A DNA stretch of 14,962 nt from a candidate division FCPU426 bacterium (GTDB taxonomy: Bacteria; Oederibacteriota; Muellerivitia; Muellerivitales; Muellerivitaceae), in NCBI GenBank assembly GCA_963830915.1, contig CAWHOE010000007.1, positions 1 through 14,962 on the forward strand, given 5' to 3'. Under the pieces are notes generated by a model. That model saw nothing but the letters and a program-made list of their open reading frames with translations, searched no databases and was not told where the DNA came from. The first letter of the stretch is position 1, and every line of letters begins with the position of its first letter. Shown piece by piece: positions 7,372-14,962 of the stretch. The translations under genes and the position numbers were made by a program.

Positions 7372-7935
7372 CTACCGCTTCACAAAATTCCTTAAAAGGA
7401 CCCTTCCGGATTCGGTCAGGACCGACTCGGGATGGAATTGAACCCCTTCCACATCCAGGGTCTTGTGGCGGACCCCCATGATCTCGCCGTCCTCGCTCTC
7501 GGCGGTGACGGTCAGACAGTCGGGCAGGGTCTCCCTTTTGATGACCAGCGAGTGGTATCGGGTGGCCCGGAAGGGATTGGGCATGTCCTTGAAAACTCCC
7601 TTCCCATCATGGGAGATACGGCTGGTCTTGCCATGCATGAGTTTCTTGGCTCGGACGATATCGCCTCCGTAGGCGTACCCGATGCTTTGATGGCCCAGGC
7701 ACACCCCGAGGATGGGGATCTTACCGCCGATCTCCTTGATCACATCCACCGAAACCCCCGCCTCCTTGGGCGTGCAGGGGCCAGGGGAGAGCAGGATATG
7801 ATCCGGTTTCATCTTGAGGATATCCGCGGTCGAAAGCTCGTCGTTCCGGAATACCTTGATATCCAAACCCATTTCCCCCAGGTACTGGACCAGGTTGTAA
7901 GTGAAAGAATCGTAGTTATCGATGACCAGGATCAT
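7372..7935 (-). CDS. trpG: Anthranilate synthase component II (class I glutamine amidotransferase, TrpG/PabA family)
   Basis: [50 protein letters not shown] overlap with trpE and an AGGAGG RBS inside the trpE tail. Confidence 0.95.
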   Translation of the reverse strand: MILVIDNYDSFTYNLVQYLGEMGLDIKVFRNDELSTADILKMKPDHILLSPGPCTPKEAGVSVDVIKEIGGKIPILGVCLGHQSIGYAYGGDIVRAKKLMHGKTSRISHDGKGVFKDMPNPFRATRYHSLVIKRETLPDCLTVTAESEDGEIMGVRHKTLDVEGVQFHPESVLTESGRVLLRNFVKR

Positions 7936-9548
7936 GACCGGCCTCCTTTCCGAACCTGTTTGGCTTTGGCTTTCGACCCGTAACGAGTTGAAGGGCTTGA
8001 GGGTTTATGGGCATGCCCGGTCGTTTTTTCCGCCCGGTCCACCGCTAGCAGGACCGCCCTGGCCTTGTTGCAGGATTCCAGGAACTCGGATTCCGGGACC
8101 GAGTCAGCGACCAAACCAGCCCCGGCCTGTACATAGACCATCGACCGGCCCTTAGGGCCGGGTTTCAAGACCGCCGAGCGAATGGTAATGGCCGAATCCA
8201 TATCCCCGTCGTAACCGAAAGCCACGACCGCGCCTCCGTAAATACCCCTGCGGGACGGTTCCAACTCCTCGATGATCTCCATGGCCCTGATCTTGGGGGC
8301 GCCCGAAAGGGTCCCGGCCGGGAAACAAGCCTGGAAAGCGTCGAAGGCCGTTTGCCCTTTCTTCAGCTTGCCCGTCACGTCGGAAACGATATGCATGATG
8401 TGGGAATAACGCTCGACGCGTTTGAAATGGTCCACCTTGACCGTGCCGTATTCACAGACCCGGCCCAGGTCATTGCGGGCCAGGTCCACCAACATGACAT
8501 GTTCTGCCAGTTCCTTCTCATCGGCCAGCAGGCTCTTTTCCATCTTCTCGTCCTCTTCCAAGTCCCTGCCCCGGGGCCTGCTCCCGGCGATGGGCCTGGT
8601 CTCCACCACTCCATCCTGGACCCGGATCATCATCTCCGGGGAGGACCCCACCAGCTCCAATCCCTCCATTTTCAGGATGAACATATAAGGCGAGGGATTC
8701 AGTCGGCGAAGAAAACGGTAGACCGTCACGGCGTCAGCGGTCGTTTCTTTCTCAAGCCTTTGGGACCCGACGACCTGGATGATATCCCCGGCCAGGATAT
8801 AATCCTTCGATTTGGTCACCATGGTCTTGAATTGTTCTTGGGTCATGTTGGACTTGAAGCCGTAAAGTTCGTTGCCGCCCGGCGCGGGCGAGGTCACGAC
8901 AGGTATCTCCGCGGTATGTCGCAGGGGTTTCTCCAACCGTTTGGAAGAATCCATCAGGTCCTGGACCGCCCTGGCATAGACCTTTTTGAGGTTCTCTTTC
9001 TTACCCACCGGAACGTTGACCACCAAACGCAGGGTCCTTTTCAAGTGGTCGAACAAAGCCAGATGATCGGTCACCATCAGGTAAAGGTCGGGAAGTTTCA
9101 AAAGATCGGGTTTGTTGGCGGGCAGCTTCTCGAAATAACGGACGGCGTCATAGCCGATGAACCCGACCAATCCGCCGAGGAAACCCGAACCACCCTCCAG
9201 GGGCGCCTGGCGGACGGAAGCGAGTTCGCCCTTGATGGCTTGCAAAGGATTGGGACACTTGGCCGAGCTTTTTCGACCACCGACCCGGCCGTTCAGGACG
9301 CCGTCCTTGGCCTCATAGACCCCGGAAGGCGAGAAACCCACGATGGAATAACGGGCGATCTGCTCGTTATTCTCCACGCTTTCCAGTAGGAATCCGTTCG
9401 GCCCCTGGGCCAGTTTCAGATAGGCCGACAGGGGGGTTTCCAGGTCCGCTTGGAAAAGGAGCGAGACCGGGACACGGTCATAACGCTGGGCGAGCTTGGA
9501 AAAGGATTCAAAGGACGGAATAACATTGGGGATGAGTGAATTTTTCAT
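7932..9548 (-). CDS. trpE: Anthranilate synthase component I
   Basis: FLLESVE and NPSPYMF (Trp feedback site), [14 protein letters not shown] (Ala-type as in TrpE, not PabB PIKGT), [53 protein letters not shown]. Confidence 0.95.
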   Translation of the reverse strand: MKNSLIPNVIPSFESFSKLAQRYDRVPVSLLFQADLETPLSAYLKLAQGPNGFLLESVENNEQIARYSIVGFSPSGVYEAKDGVLNGRVGGRKSSAKCPNPLQAIKGELASVRQAPLEGGSGFLGGLVGFIGYDAVRYFEKLPANKPDLLKLPDLYLMVTDHLALFDHLKRTLRLVVNVPVGKKENLKKVYARAVQDLMDSSKRLEKPLRHTAEIPVVTSPAPGGNELYGFKSNMTQEQFKTMVTKSKDYILAGDIIQVVGSQRLEKETTADAVTVYRFLRRLNPSPYMFILKMEGLELVGSSPEMMIRVQDGVVETRPIAGSRPRGRDLEEDEKMEKSLLADEKELAEHVMLVDLARNDLGRVCEYGTVKVDHFKRVERYSHIMHIVSDVTGKLKKGQTAFDAFQACFPAGTLSGAPKIRAMEIIEELEPSRRGIYGGAVVAFGYDGDMDSAITIRSAVLKPGPKGRSMVYVQAGAGLVADSVPESEFLESCNKARAVLLAVDRAEKTTGHAHKPSSPSTRYGSKAKAKQVRKGGRS

Positions 9549-9563
9549 GGAAAATCTCCTTAA

Positions 9564-9648
9564 AGTTTGAATTTTGACCGCGAACGGACTCGAACCCAGG
9601 CTCTTAGGAGAGCCAAAGCGAGTGACGCCAACGTTTCAAATTCAGACT
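9564..9648. other. Intergenic imperfect inverted repeat enclosing a smaller hairpin, just upstream of the trpE RBS
   Basis: AGTTTGAATTTTGA (9564-9577) pairs with TCAAATTCAGACT (9636-9648). Inner GGCTCT-TAGG-AGAGCC (9599-9614). Confidence 0.5.
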
Positions 9649-9659
9649 AAAAGAAGATC

Positions 9660-10046
9660 TCATTTCTTTCCGTATACTTTCTCGGGATCGAAGATCTGGA
9701 CGCCGACTTCCTTCCAGCTATCCCCTTCCCTCTCGTTGAAGAAGCAGGAACGCTTGCCTGTGTGGCAGGCCGCGTCGCCGATCTGTTCTATTTTTACCAG
9801 AATGGCGTCCTTATCGCAATCGGTATAAAGGGCCTTGACCTTCTGGACATTGCCTGATTCCTCGCCCTTTTTCCAGAGTTTCTTGCGGCTTCGGCTCCAA
9901 TAGGTCATGTTGCCGGACTGGGCGGTATGTTCCAGGGAATCGCGGTTGGCGAAAGCGAACATCAGGATCTCCCCCGTCTTCGCGTCCTGCGCGATGACCG
10001 GGATCAATCCATCCTCTTGGAACTTTAAAGAATCGATCCAGCTCAT
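9660..10046 (-). CDS. hisI: Phosphoribosyl-AMP cyclohydrolase (stand-alone HisI)
   Basis: GLIPVIAQD, YWSRSRKKLWKKGEESGN, DCDKDA, ACHTGKRSCF. GGAGG RBS. No fused HisE domain. Confidence 0.97.
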   Translation of the reverse strand: MSWIDSLKFQEDGLIPVIAQDAKTGEILMFAFANRDSLEHTAQSGNMTYWSRSRKKLWKKGEESGNVQKVKALYTDCDKDAILVKIEQIGDAACHTGKRSCFFNEREGDSWKEVGVQIFDPEKVYGKK

Positions 10047-10143
10047 GAAAAGCCTCCGTGGGTTAAAGTCTCAGCCGATGAGTGGGCTAAGGTATGCTTT
10101 CCGGCGGAAAAAATCCAGATGAAATTGAGGGGACGATGGGGTT

Positions 10144-10725
10144 TTAGCCCTTTGATTTGATCGGCCAAACCCCAAGAATGGGCCAGGTTTGCTTTAGGAG
10201 ACGCTCCACCAATTCTTCTGGGTCCGATTCCAATACCAACGCCTTCACCAGTCCGGGATTGATGAACCCTTCTTTCTCGCCTTTTTCCATGAATTTGAAG
10301 AGGATGTCGTAATAACCGTCCACGTTCAAAAATCCGATGGGCTTTGATTGGATGCCCAGTTGGTTCCAGGTGATGACTTCCAAGATCTCATCCAGGGTGC
10401 CGAACCCTCCGGGCAAAGCGATGAAGGCGTCGGACAGTGAGACCATCTTGGCCTTGCGCTCGTGCATCCCCTTGACCACATGCAGTTCGTTCAAACCCGG
10501 ATGGGCCAGGTCCTTGTTCTTCAGGTTCTCCGGGATGACCCCGACCGCCCGCCCTCCCATCCCCAGGACCGCGTCGGCCACCATGCCCATCAGCCCATGC
10601 TTGCCCCCGCCATAGACCAGGGTCAGGTCTTTCCTCGCCAGGATGGTCCCCAGCTTCTTGGCCTTCTCCTGATAATGGGGTTTGTTGCCCTGGCTGGAGC
10701 CGCAATAAACGCAGATGGATTTCAT
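10144..10725 (-). CDS. LOG-family nucleotide 5'-monophosphate phosphoribohydrolase (TIGR00730-type)
   Basis: ICVYCGSS, LVYGGG..GLMG, MHERKAKM, ALPGGFGTLDE (PGGxGTxxE signature), KPIGFLNVDGYYD. Confidence 0.95.
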   Translation of the reverse strand: MKSICVYCGSSQGNKPHYQEKAKKLGTILARKDLTLVYGGGKHGLMGMVADAVLGMGGRAVGVIPENLKNKDLAHPGLNELHVVKGMHERKAKMVSLSDAFIALPGGFGTLDEILEVITWNQLGIQSKPIGFLNVDGYYDILFKFMEKGEKEGFINPGLVKALVLESDPEELVERLLKQTWPILGVWPIKSKG

Positions 10726-10752
10726 GTCATACCCTCGATCGAAATGAACCGC

Positions 10753-11034
10753 TTAATATTTCCCCGCCTCGGATTCGATGATCTGGATCCTGAAGGACAG
10801 GCTTTCCTTGTCGATGGCCGCCTTTGCCTTGAAAGGATGGCCGCTCTTCCATTTTTTTCGAAGGTCCAACGATTCCTTCATGATGCCGTCCATCAGGATA
10901 TTGAGCTGTTTCTGGGCGTAATACTCCACCTTTTCCACCGTCTTTTGTTCCGGCGGCAGGGAGGCGAAATATTTCACGACGTTCTGGGTGATGATGCCTT
11001 CCATCTGGCCGATCAAGGGGTTGGTGGGGGACAC
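10753..11034 (-). CDS. Small hypothetical protein (93 aa), paralog of 11039..11308
   Basis: The GTG at 11034, 4 nt after the upstream stop, gives MSPTNPLIGQ..., which aligns from residue 1 without gaps to the neighbour. This start is preferred over the ORF-track start at 11103. Confidence 0.8.
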   Translation of the reverse strand: MSPTNPLIGQMEGIITQNVVKYFASLPPEQKTVEKVEYYAQKQLNILMDGIMKESLDLRKKWKSGHPFKAKAAIDKESLSFRIQIIESEAGKY

Positions 11035-11038
11035 GGGG

Positions 11039-11308
11039 CTACTCGTCACAGGTGAGCTCGGCCTCATAGAACCGAGTGTTGGGGTCGAAACGAAGGTGGA
11101 CATGATAAGGGTGCCCCTTGACCCATTTGAGCCTCAGCTCCGGCGATTCCCTCACGATACCGTTGATGAAGAAATCCAGCTGGTTCTGGGCGAAGGCCTG
11201 GACCTTATCCGGCGTTTTCTCCGCCGGTTTCAAAGGCCCGAAATAGCGGTTCACATTGTCCTGAAGGAGTTTCTGGAGTTGTTTCACCACCGGCGCGGGG
11301 AGGCTCAT
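11039..11308 (-). CDS. Small hypothetical protein (89 aa), paralog of 10753..11034
   Basis: ATGA overlap with the hisF stop (translational coupling). Ungapped similarity to the downstream ORF. Confidence 0.82.
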   Translation of the reverse strand: MSLPAPVVKQLQKLLQDNVNRYFGPLKPAEKTPDKVQAFAQNQLDFFINGIVRESPELRLKWVKGHPYHVHLRFDPNTRFYEAELTCDE

Positions 11309-12075
11309 AACCGCACCGGGATTTTTTTATACCTCAGGTACTCCTTGGCGTCCCTGATGGTGTACTCGCCGTAATGGAAGATGGAGGCCGCCAATACCGC
11401 GTCCGCTTGGCCCCGCAGGATGCCTTGCGCCAGGTGTTCCAAATTCCCCACCCCGCCCGAGGCGATGACCGGCACCGGCACGGAACTTGAGATGGCGCTG
11501 GTCAATTCCAGATCGTATCCATTCTTGGTCCCATCACAGTCCATACTGGTCAAGAGGATCTCTCCCGCTCCCAATTCCACTCCCTGTTTCGCCCATTCCA
11601 CCGCGTCCCGACCCGTGGCCACCCTACCCCCATGGGTATACACTTCCCAACCCTTCGAGTGATCATTCGCGTCCCGGCGTTTGGCGTCGATGGCCAGCAC
11701 GATGCATTGGGCCCCGAACTTCTCGGCCCCTTCCTTCAGCACCGAGGGATTCTCCACCGCCCGGGTATTCAAGGAAACCTTGTCCGCGCCGGACTTCAAC
11801 AAGGTGCGGATGTCATCGGTCGTCCGGATCCCGCCCCCGACGGTCAGGGGCATAAACACCGCCTCGGCGGTTCGGGTGACCACATCCAGGAGGATATTCC
11901 TTTTCTCATGGGAAGCGGTGATATCCAGGAAGACCAGCTCATCGGCCTGGGCCGCGTCGTATTGTTTGGCGATCTCCACCGGATCTCCCGCGTCGCGCAG
12001 GTTCTGGAACTTGACGCCCTTGACGACCCGTCCTTCCTTGACATCCAGACAGGGAATGATCCGTTTGGCGAGCAT
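11305..12075 (-). CDS. hisF: Imidazole glycerol phosphate synthase cyclase subunit
   Basis: [71 protein letters not shown]. Confidence 0.98.
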   Translation of the reverse strand: MLAKRIIPCLDVKEGRVVKGVKFQNLRDAGDPVEIAKQYDAAQADELVFLDITASHEKRNILLDVVTRTAEAVFMPLTVGGGIRTTDDIRTLLKSGADKVSLNTRAVENPSVLKEGAEKFGAQCIVLAIDAKRRDANDHSKGWEVYTHGGRVATGRDAVEWAKQGVELGAGEILLTSMDCDGTKNGYDLELTSAISSSVPVPVIASGGVGNLEHLAQGILRGQADAVLAASIFHYGEYTIRDAKEYLRYKKIPVRL

Positions 12076-12831
12076 CTATTTCTTCTTTCTCGCCCGGGGC
12101 GTGACGGGTTCCTTGGCGAGCTTGATGGCCTGTTTCAGGTCCACCTTGCCGGTATAAAGGGCCTTGCCGATGATGACGGAGGTGATGCCGTATTTTTCCA
12201 GGCGCTTGGCGTGCTCGATATCCTTATAGCTGGAGATACCGCCCGAGATGATGACAGGGATCTTGACCGCGCAGGCCAGTTCCTTGGTGCTCTTGAAATT
12301 CGGGCCTTCCAGCATGCCGTCCCGTTGGATGTCCGTGAAGATGATGGAGGCGACCCCCAGGTCGGCCATTTCCTGGGCCAGTTCCACCGCGTTCACCTTG
12401 GTGACTTGCTTCCAACCCTTGATGGCGACCATCCCCTTCTTGGCGTCGATGCCGGCGATGATGACCTTGCCGTACTCCTTCACGGCCTCCTTGACGAAAT
12501 CCTTGTTCTGGACCACCGAGGTGCCCAAAATGACCGAACTGACGCCCAGATCCAGCACTTTTTCGATGGTTTTCAGGTCCCGGATACCGCCCCCCACCTG
12601 GACCTTCAGGTCGGTGGCCTTGATGATGTCCTTCACGTATTCCAGATTGGCCAATTTGCCGGAAAAGGCCCCATCCAGGTCGATGACGTGGAGGCGTTTG
12701 GCCCCCTTGAGCTTCCAAAGCTTGGCCACCGAGACAGGTTCCTGGGAATAGACCGTCTCGTCCCTCAGGTCCCCTTGCACCAGGCGCACGCAACGGCCTT
12801 TTCGGATGTCGATCGCTGGAATGACGTACAT
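12076..12831 (-). CDS. hisA: ProFAR isomerase
   Basis: VIPAIDIRKGRCVRLVQGD, LHVIDLDGA, QVGGGIRD, TDIQRDGMLEGPN, PVIISGG, IIGKALY. Confidence 0.98.
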   Translation of the reverse strand: MYVIPAIDIRKGRCVRLVQGDLRDETVYSQEPVSVAKLWKLKGAKRLHVIDLDGAFSGKLANLEYVKDIIKATDLKVQVGGGIRDLKTIEKVLDLGVSSVILGTSVVQNKDFVKEAVKEYGKVIIAGIDAKKGMVAIKGWKQVTKVNAVELAQEMADLGVASIIFTDIQRDGMLEGPNFKSTKELACAVKIPVIISGGISSYKDIEHAKRLEKYGITSVIIGKALYTGKVDLKQAIKLAKEPVTPRARKKK

Positions 12832-12863
12832 AGGTCCTCAATTCCACAGACCGCTTGTTAGAA

Positions 12864-13474
12864 TTATTGCTCACCAAATTTTTGAAGTTCTCGTAAATCT
12901 TCAGCCCCGCCGTCTGGCTCTTTTCCGGGTGGAACTGCGTACCAAAAACATTCTTGTCCCATACCATGCAGGTGAAATCCACCCCATAGGCGCTTTGGGC
13001 GGCGATGAGGGATGTCTGCTCCGGAACGACGTAATAGGAATGGACGAAATAAAAATATTCCCCTTCCTGAATGCCCTGTAAAAGCGGATTGGATCCCTTC
13101 TTGATCTGGATCTGGTTCCAACCCATGTGGGGGACTTTCAGTTTCTGGTCGAATTTCACCACCCGGCCCGGGAAAACCCCCAGACCTTTGGAGATGCCGA
13201 ATTCCTCGCTCTCCGAGAAAAGCATCTGGAGCCCGACGCAGACCCCCAGGAAGGGTTTGCCCGAGGCGATGAAACCCGTGATGGCCTTGGCCAGTTCGGA
13301 CCGGTGCATGGCGTCCATGGAGTCCTTGAAGGCTCCCACCCCCGGCAGGACGACCCCGTCCGCCTTGTCCACATCCCTCCAGTTGTTGGTCACCTGGACC
13401 TGGGCGCCGACCTTTTCCATGGCCTTCGCCACGCTGTGCAGGTTCCCGACCCCGTAATCGACTACCGTGATCAT
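12864..13474 (-). CDS. hisH: Imidazole glycerol phosphate synthase glutaminase subunit (natural stop apparently lost by a 1-nt indel near 12872)
   Basis: MITVVDYGVGNLHSV, LPGVGAF, GVCVGLQML, KVPHMGWN, YFVHSYY, GTQFHPEKS. As given, the frame runs on into hisA. Adding one G (GTG AGC to GTG GAG) yields ...NLVEQ* ending at TAA 12864. Confidence 0.93.
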
Positions 13475-13536
13475 CTCAGCCCTCTTCACTCCGAAACACG
13501 AAAATACGGCCATGTCCAAACGGTCGAAATTAATGG

Positions 13537-14135
13537 TTAAAGATTCCCTTTGGTGGAAGGGACCCCTTTGACGTGGGTCGTCGCGCGCCGCGGCCATTTT
13601 GAGCGCCCTGGCGAAACTTTTGAAGGCTGCCTCGACAATATGGTGGCTGTTGCGGCCGTGGATCTTTTCCAAGTGCAGGTTCATCTTGCCGTTGTCGGCC
13701 ACGGCCTTGAAGAAATCCTCCACCAGCTCGGTATCGAAGGATCCGATCCGTTTCTTGACGTTCAGGTCCAAGGAGAAGTTGAGGTAAGCTGCGTCCGCTC
13801 AGAGTCCACCACCGCGCGAACCAACGCCTCGTCCAGGGGCACATAAAAATGCCCGTAACGGGCAGATGCCTTCCTTGTCGCCCAGGGCCTTTCTCGATCG
13901 CCGCTCCCAGGCAGATGCCGATATCTTCCACCGTGTGGTGGTCGTCCACATGGGTATCACCCTTGGCGGAAACCTTAAGGTCGAATCCGCTGTGTTTGCT
14001 GAAGGCTTCCAGCATATGGGAAAGGAACGGAACGGGGGTTTTGACCTGGTGGGCGCCGGTCCCGTCCAGGTTCAAGGTCAGTTCGATGTGGGTTTCTTTG
14101 GTCTTTCGCTTGAGGACCGCGATGCGCTTGGACAT
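13537..14135 (-). CDS. hisB: Imidazoleglycerol-phosphate dehydratase, broken by about 5 single-base indels (probable sequencing errors)
   Basis: [59 protein letters not shown] are spread over changing frames. Indels near 13891, 13862, 13803, 13786 and 13575. GGAG RBS before ATG 14135. Confidence 0.92.
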
Positions 14136-14690
14136 AGGATCTCCAAAATTTCTTTTAAAAGCCTGTCGTTCTGTTCCGGCGTCCCGACCGAGATCCGCAG
14201 GGAATCTTTGAGCCTCGGATGGGAGAAGTATCTTACCAAAACGCGGTTCTTTTTGAGATTTTTGTAGAGGCTTTCCGCGCTGGGTTTTCCATGCCAAGTG
14301 GCCAATAAAAAGTTCGCCTGGGAACGGGGTACTTCAAAACCCATCCCCCGCAGGGCTTGGGACAATCTATCCCTCTCGGCCTTGATCTTGACGATATTTT
14401 CTTCTTGATATCCCTTTGGCCTTCCCCGCTGAAGGCCGCCAGGGCGACGGCCTGGGTCATCCGGTTGACGTTGTAGGATCCTTCACTTTCATCAATTGCT
14501 CGATGACCTTGGGATGGCCCAGGATATATCCCAGCCTGGCTCCCGCCAGCGAGAAGGACTTGGATAAGGTGCGAAGGATCATCACATGGGGACAGGCTCG
14601 CGCGATGGGAACGCAGTTTTCACCGGAGAAATCCACATAAGCCTCATCGATCAATACCACCTATCACCGGCCGTGCCGCCATGAGCCGAC
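14078..14690 (-). CDS. hisC: Histidinol-phosphate aminotransferase, C-terminal part only (5' end missing; frameshifts near 14479 and 14398)
   Basis: [27 protein letters not shown] (PLP lysine), [33 protein letters not shown] in three successive frames. Directly upstream of hisB. Both end coordinates are approximate. Confidence 0.9.
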
Positions 14691-14706
14691 CGAGCCGACC
14701 GACCCC

Positions 14707-14962
<256 letters not shown>

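Noticed and set aside
8352..9389. 345-aa plus-strand ORF
   Set aside because: Antisense shadow of trpE, typical of high-GC codon bias.
9570..9640. Possible tRNA gene (GGTTCGAGTCC on the minus strand)
   Set aside because: The T-stem pairs for only 2 bp. There is no D-arm, no 7-nt anticodon loop and no proper acceptor stem or CCA.
9549..9659. trp attenuator leader peptide or T-box
   Set aside because: No short ORF with Trp codons, no T-box consensus with an antiterminator, and the region is too short.
11035..11103. Longer N-terminus for the 10753..11103 ORF
   Set aside because: It overlaps the upstream paralog by 65 nt, and the paralog alignment begins exactly at GTG 11034.
11632..12861. 409-aa plus-strand ORF
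   Set aside because: Antisense shadow of the GC3-rich hisA/hisF genes, with no recognisable motifs.
12224..13771. 515-aa ORF appearing as a HisB-HisH fusion with a long C-terminal extension
   Set aside because: Produced by indels. The true hisB stop (13537) and the likely hisH stop (12864) are out of frame, and the extension is an off-frame reading of hisA.
13530..14297. 255-aa ORF with an N-terminally extended HisB
   Set aside because: The extension is off-frame hisC sequence and the tail is off-frame hisB. The real start is ATG 14135 with a GGAG RBS.

Overview
Bacterial genomic fragment from an LPS-producing diderm (lpxB present). Every credible gene lies on the minus strand. In transcription order: hisC (5'-truncated), hisB, hisH, hisA, hisF, two small paralogous unknown genes, a LOG-family phosphoribohydrolase, hisI, trpE, trpG, a DUF348-G5-3D cell-wall enzyme, a Pro/Thr-stalk outer-membrane-like protein, lpxB, and a DUF374 (LpxJ-like) acyltransferase. 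A more AT-rich accessory segment follows. It holds a 627-aa orphan ParB-family protein fused to a transmembrane helix and a C-terminal domain resembling VirB8/NTF2-like folds, and a secreted Thr/Pro-rich protein with an internally duplicated domain. The right end degrades: several single-base indels in hisC/hisB/hisH, then 194 A, one C and 60 T. This looks like a sequencing or assembly artefact rather than biology. The most notable items are the membrane-anchored ParB with substituted CTP-hydrolysis residues and the paralog pair plus LOG embedded in the his operon. All calls are from motif recognition by eye; no database searches were run.
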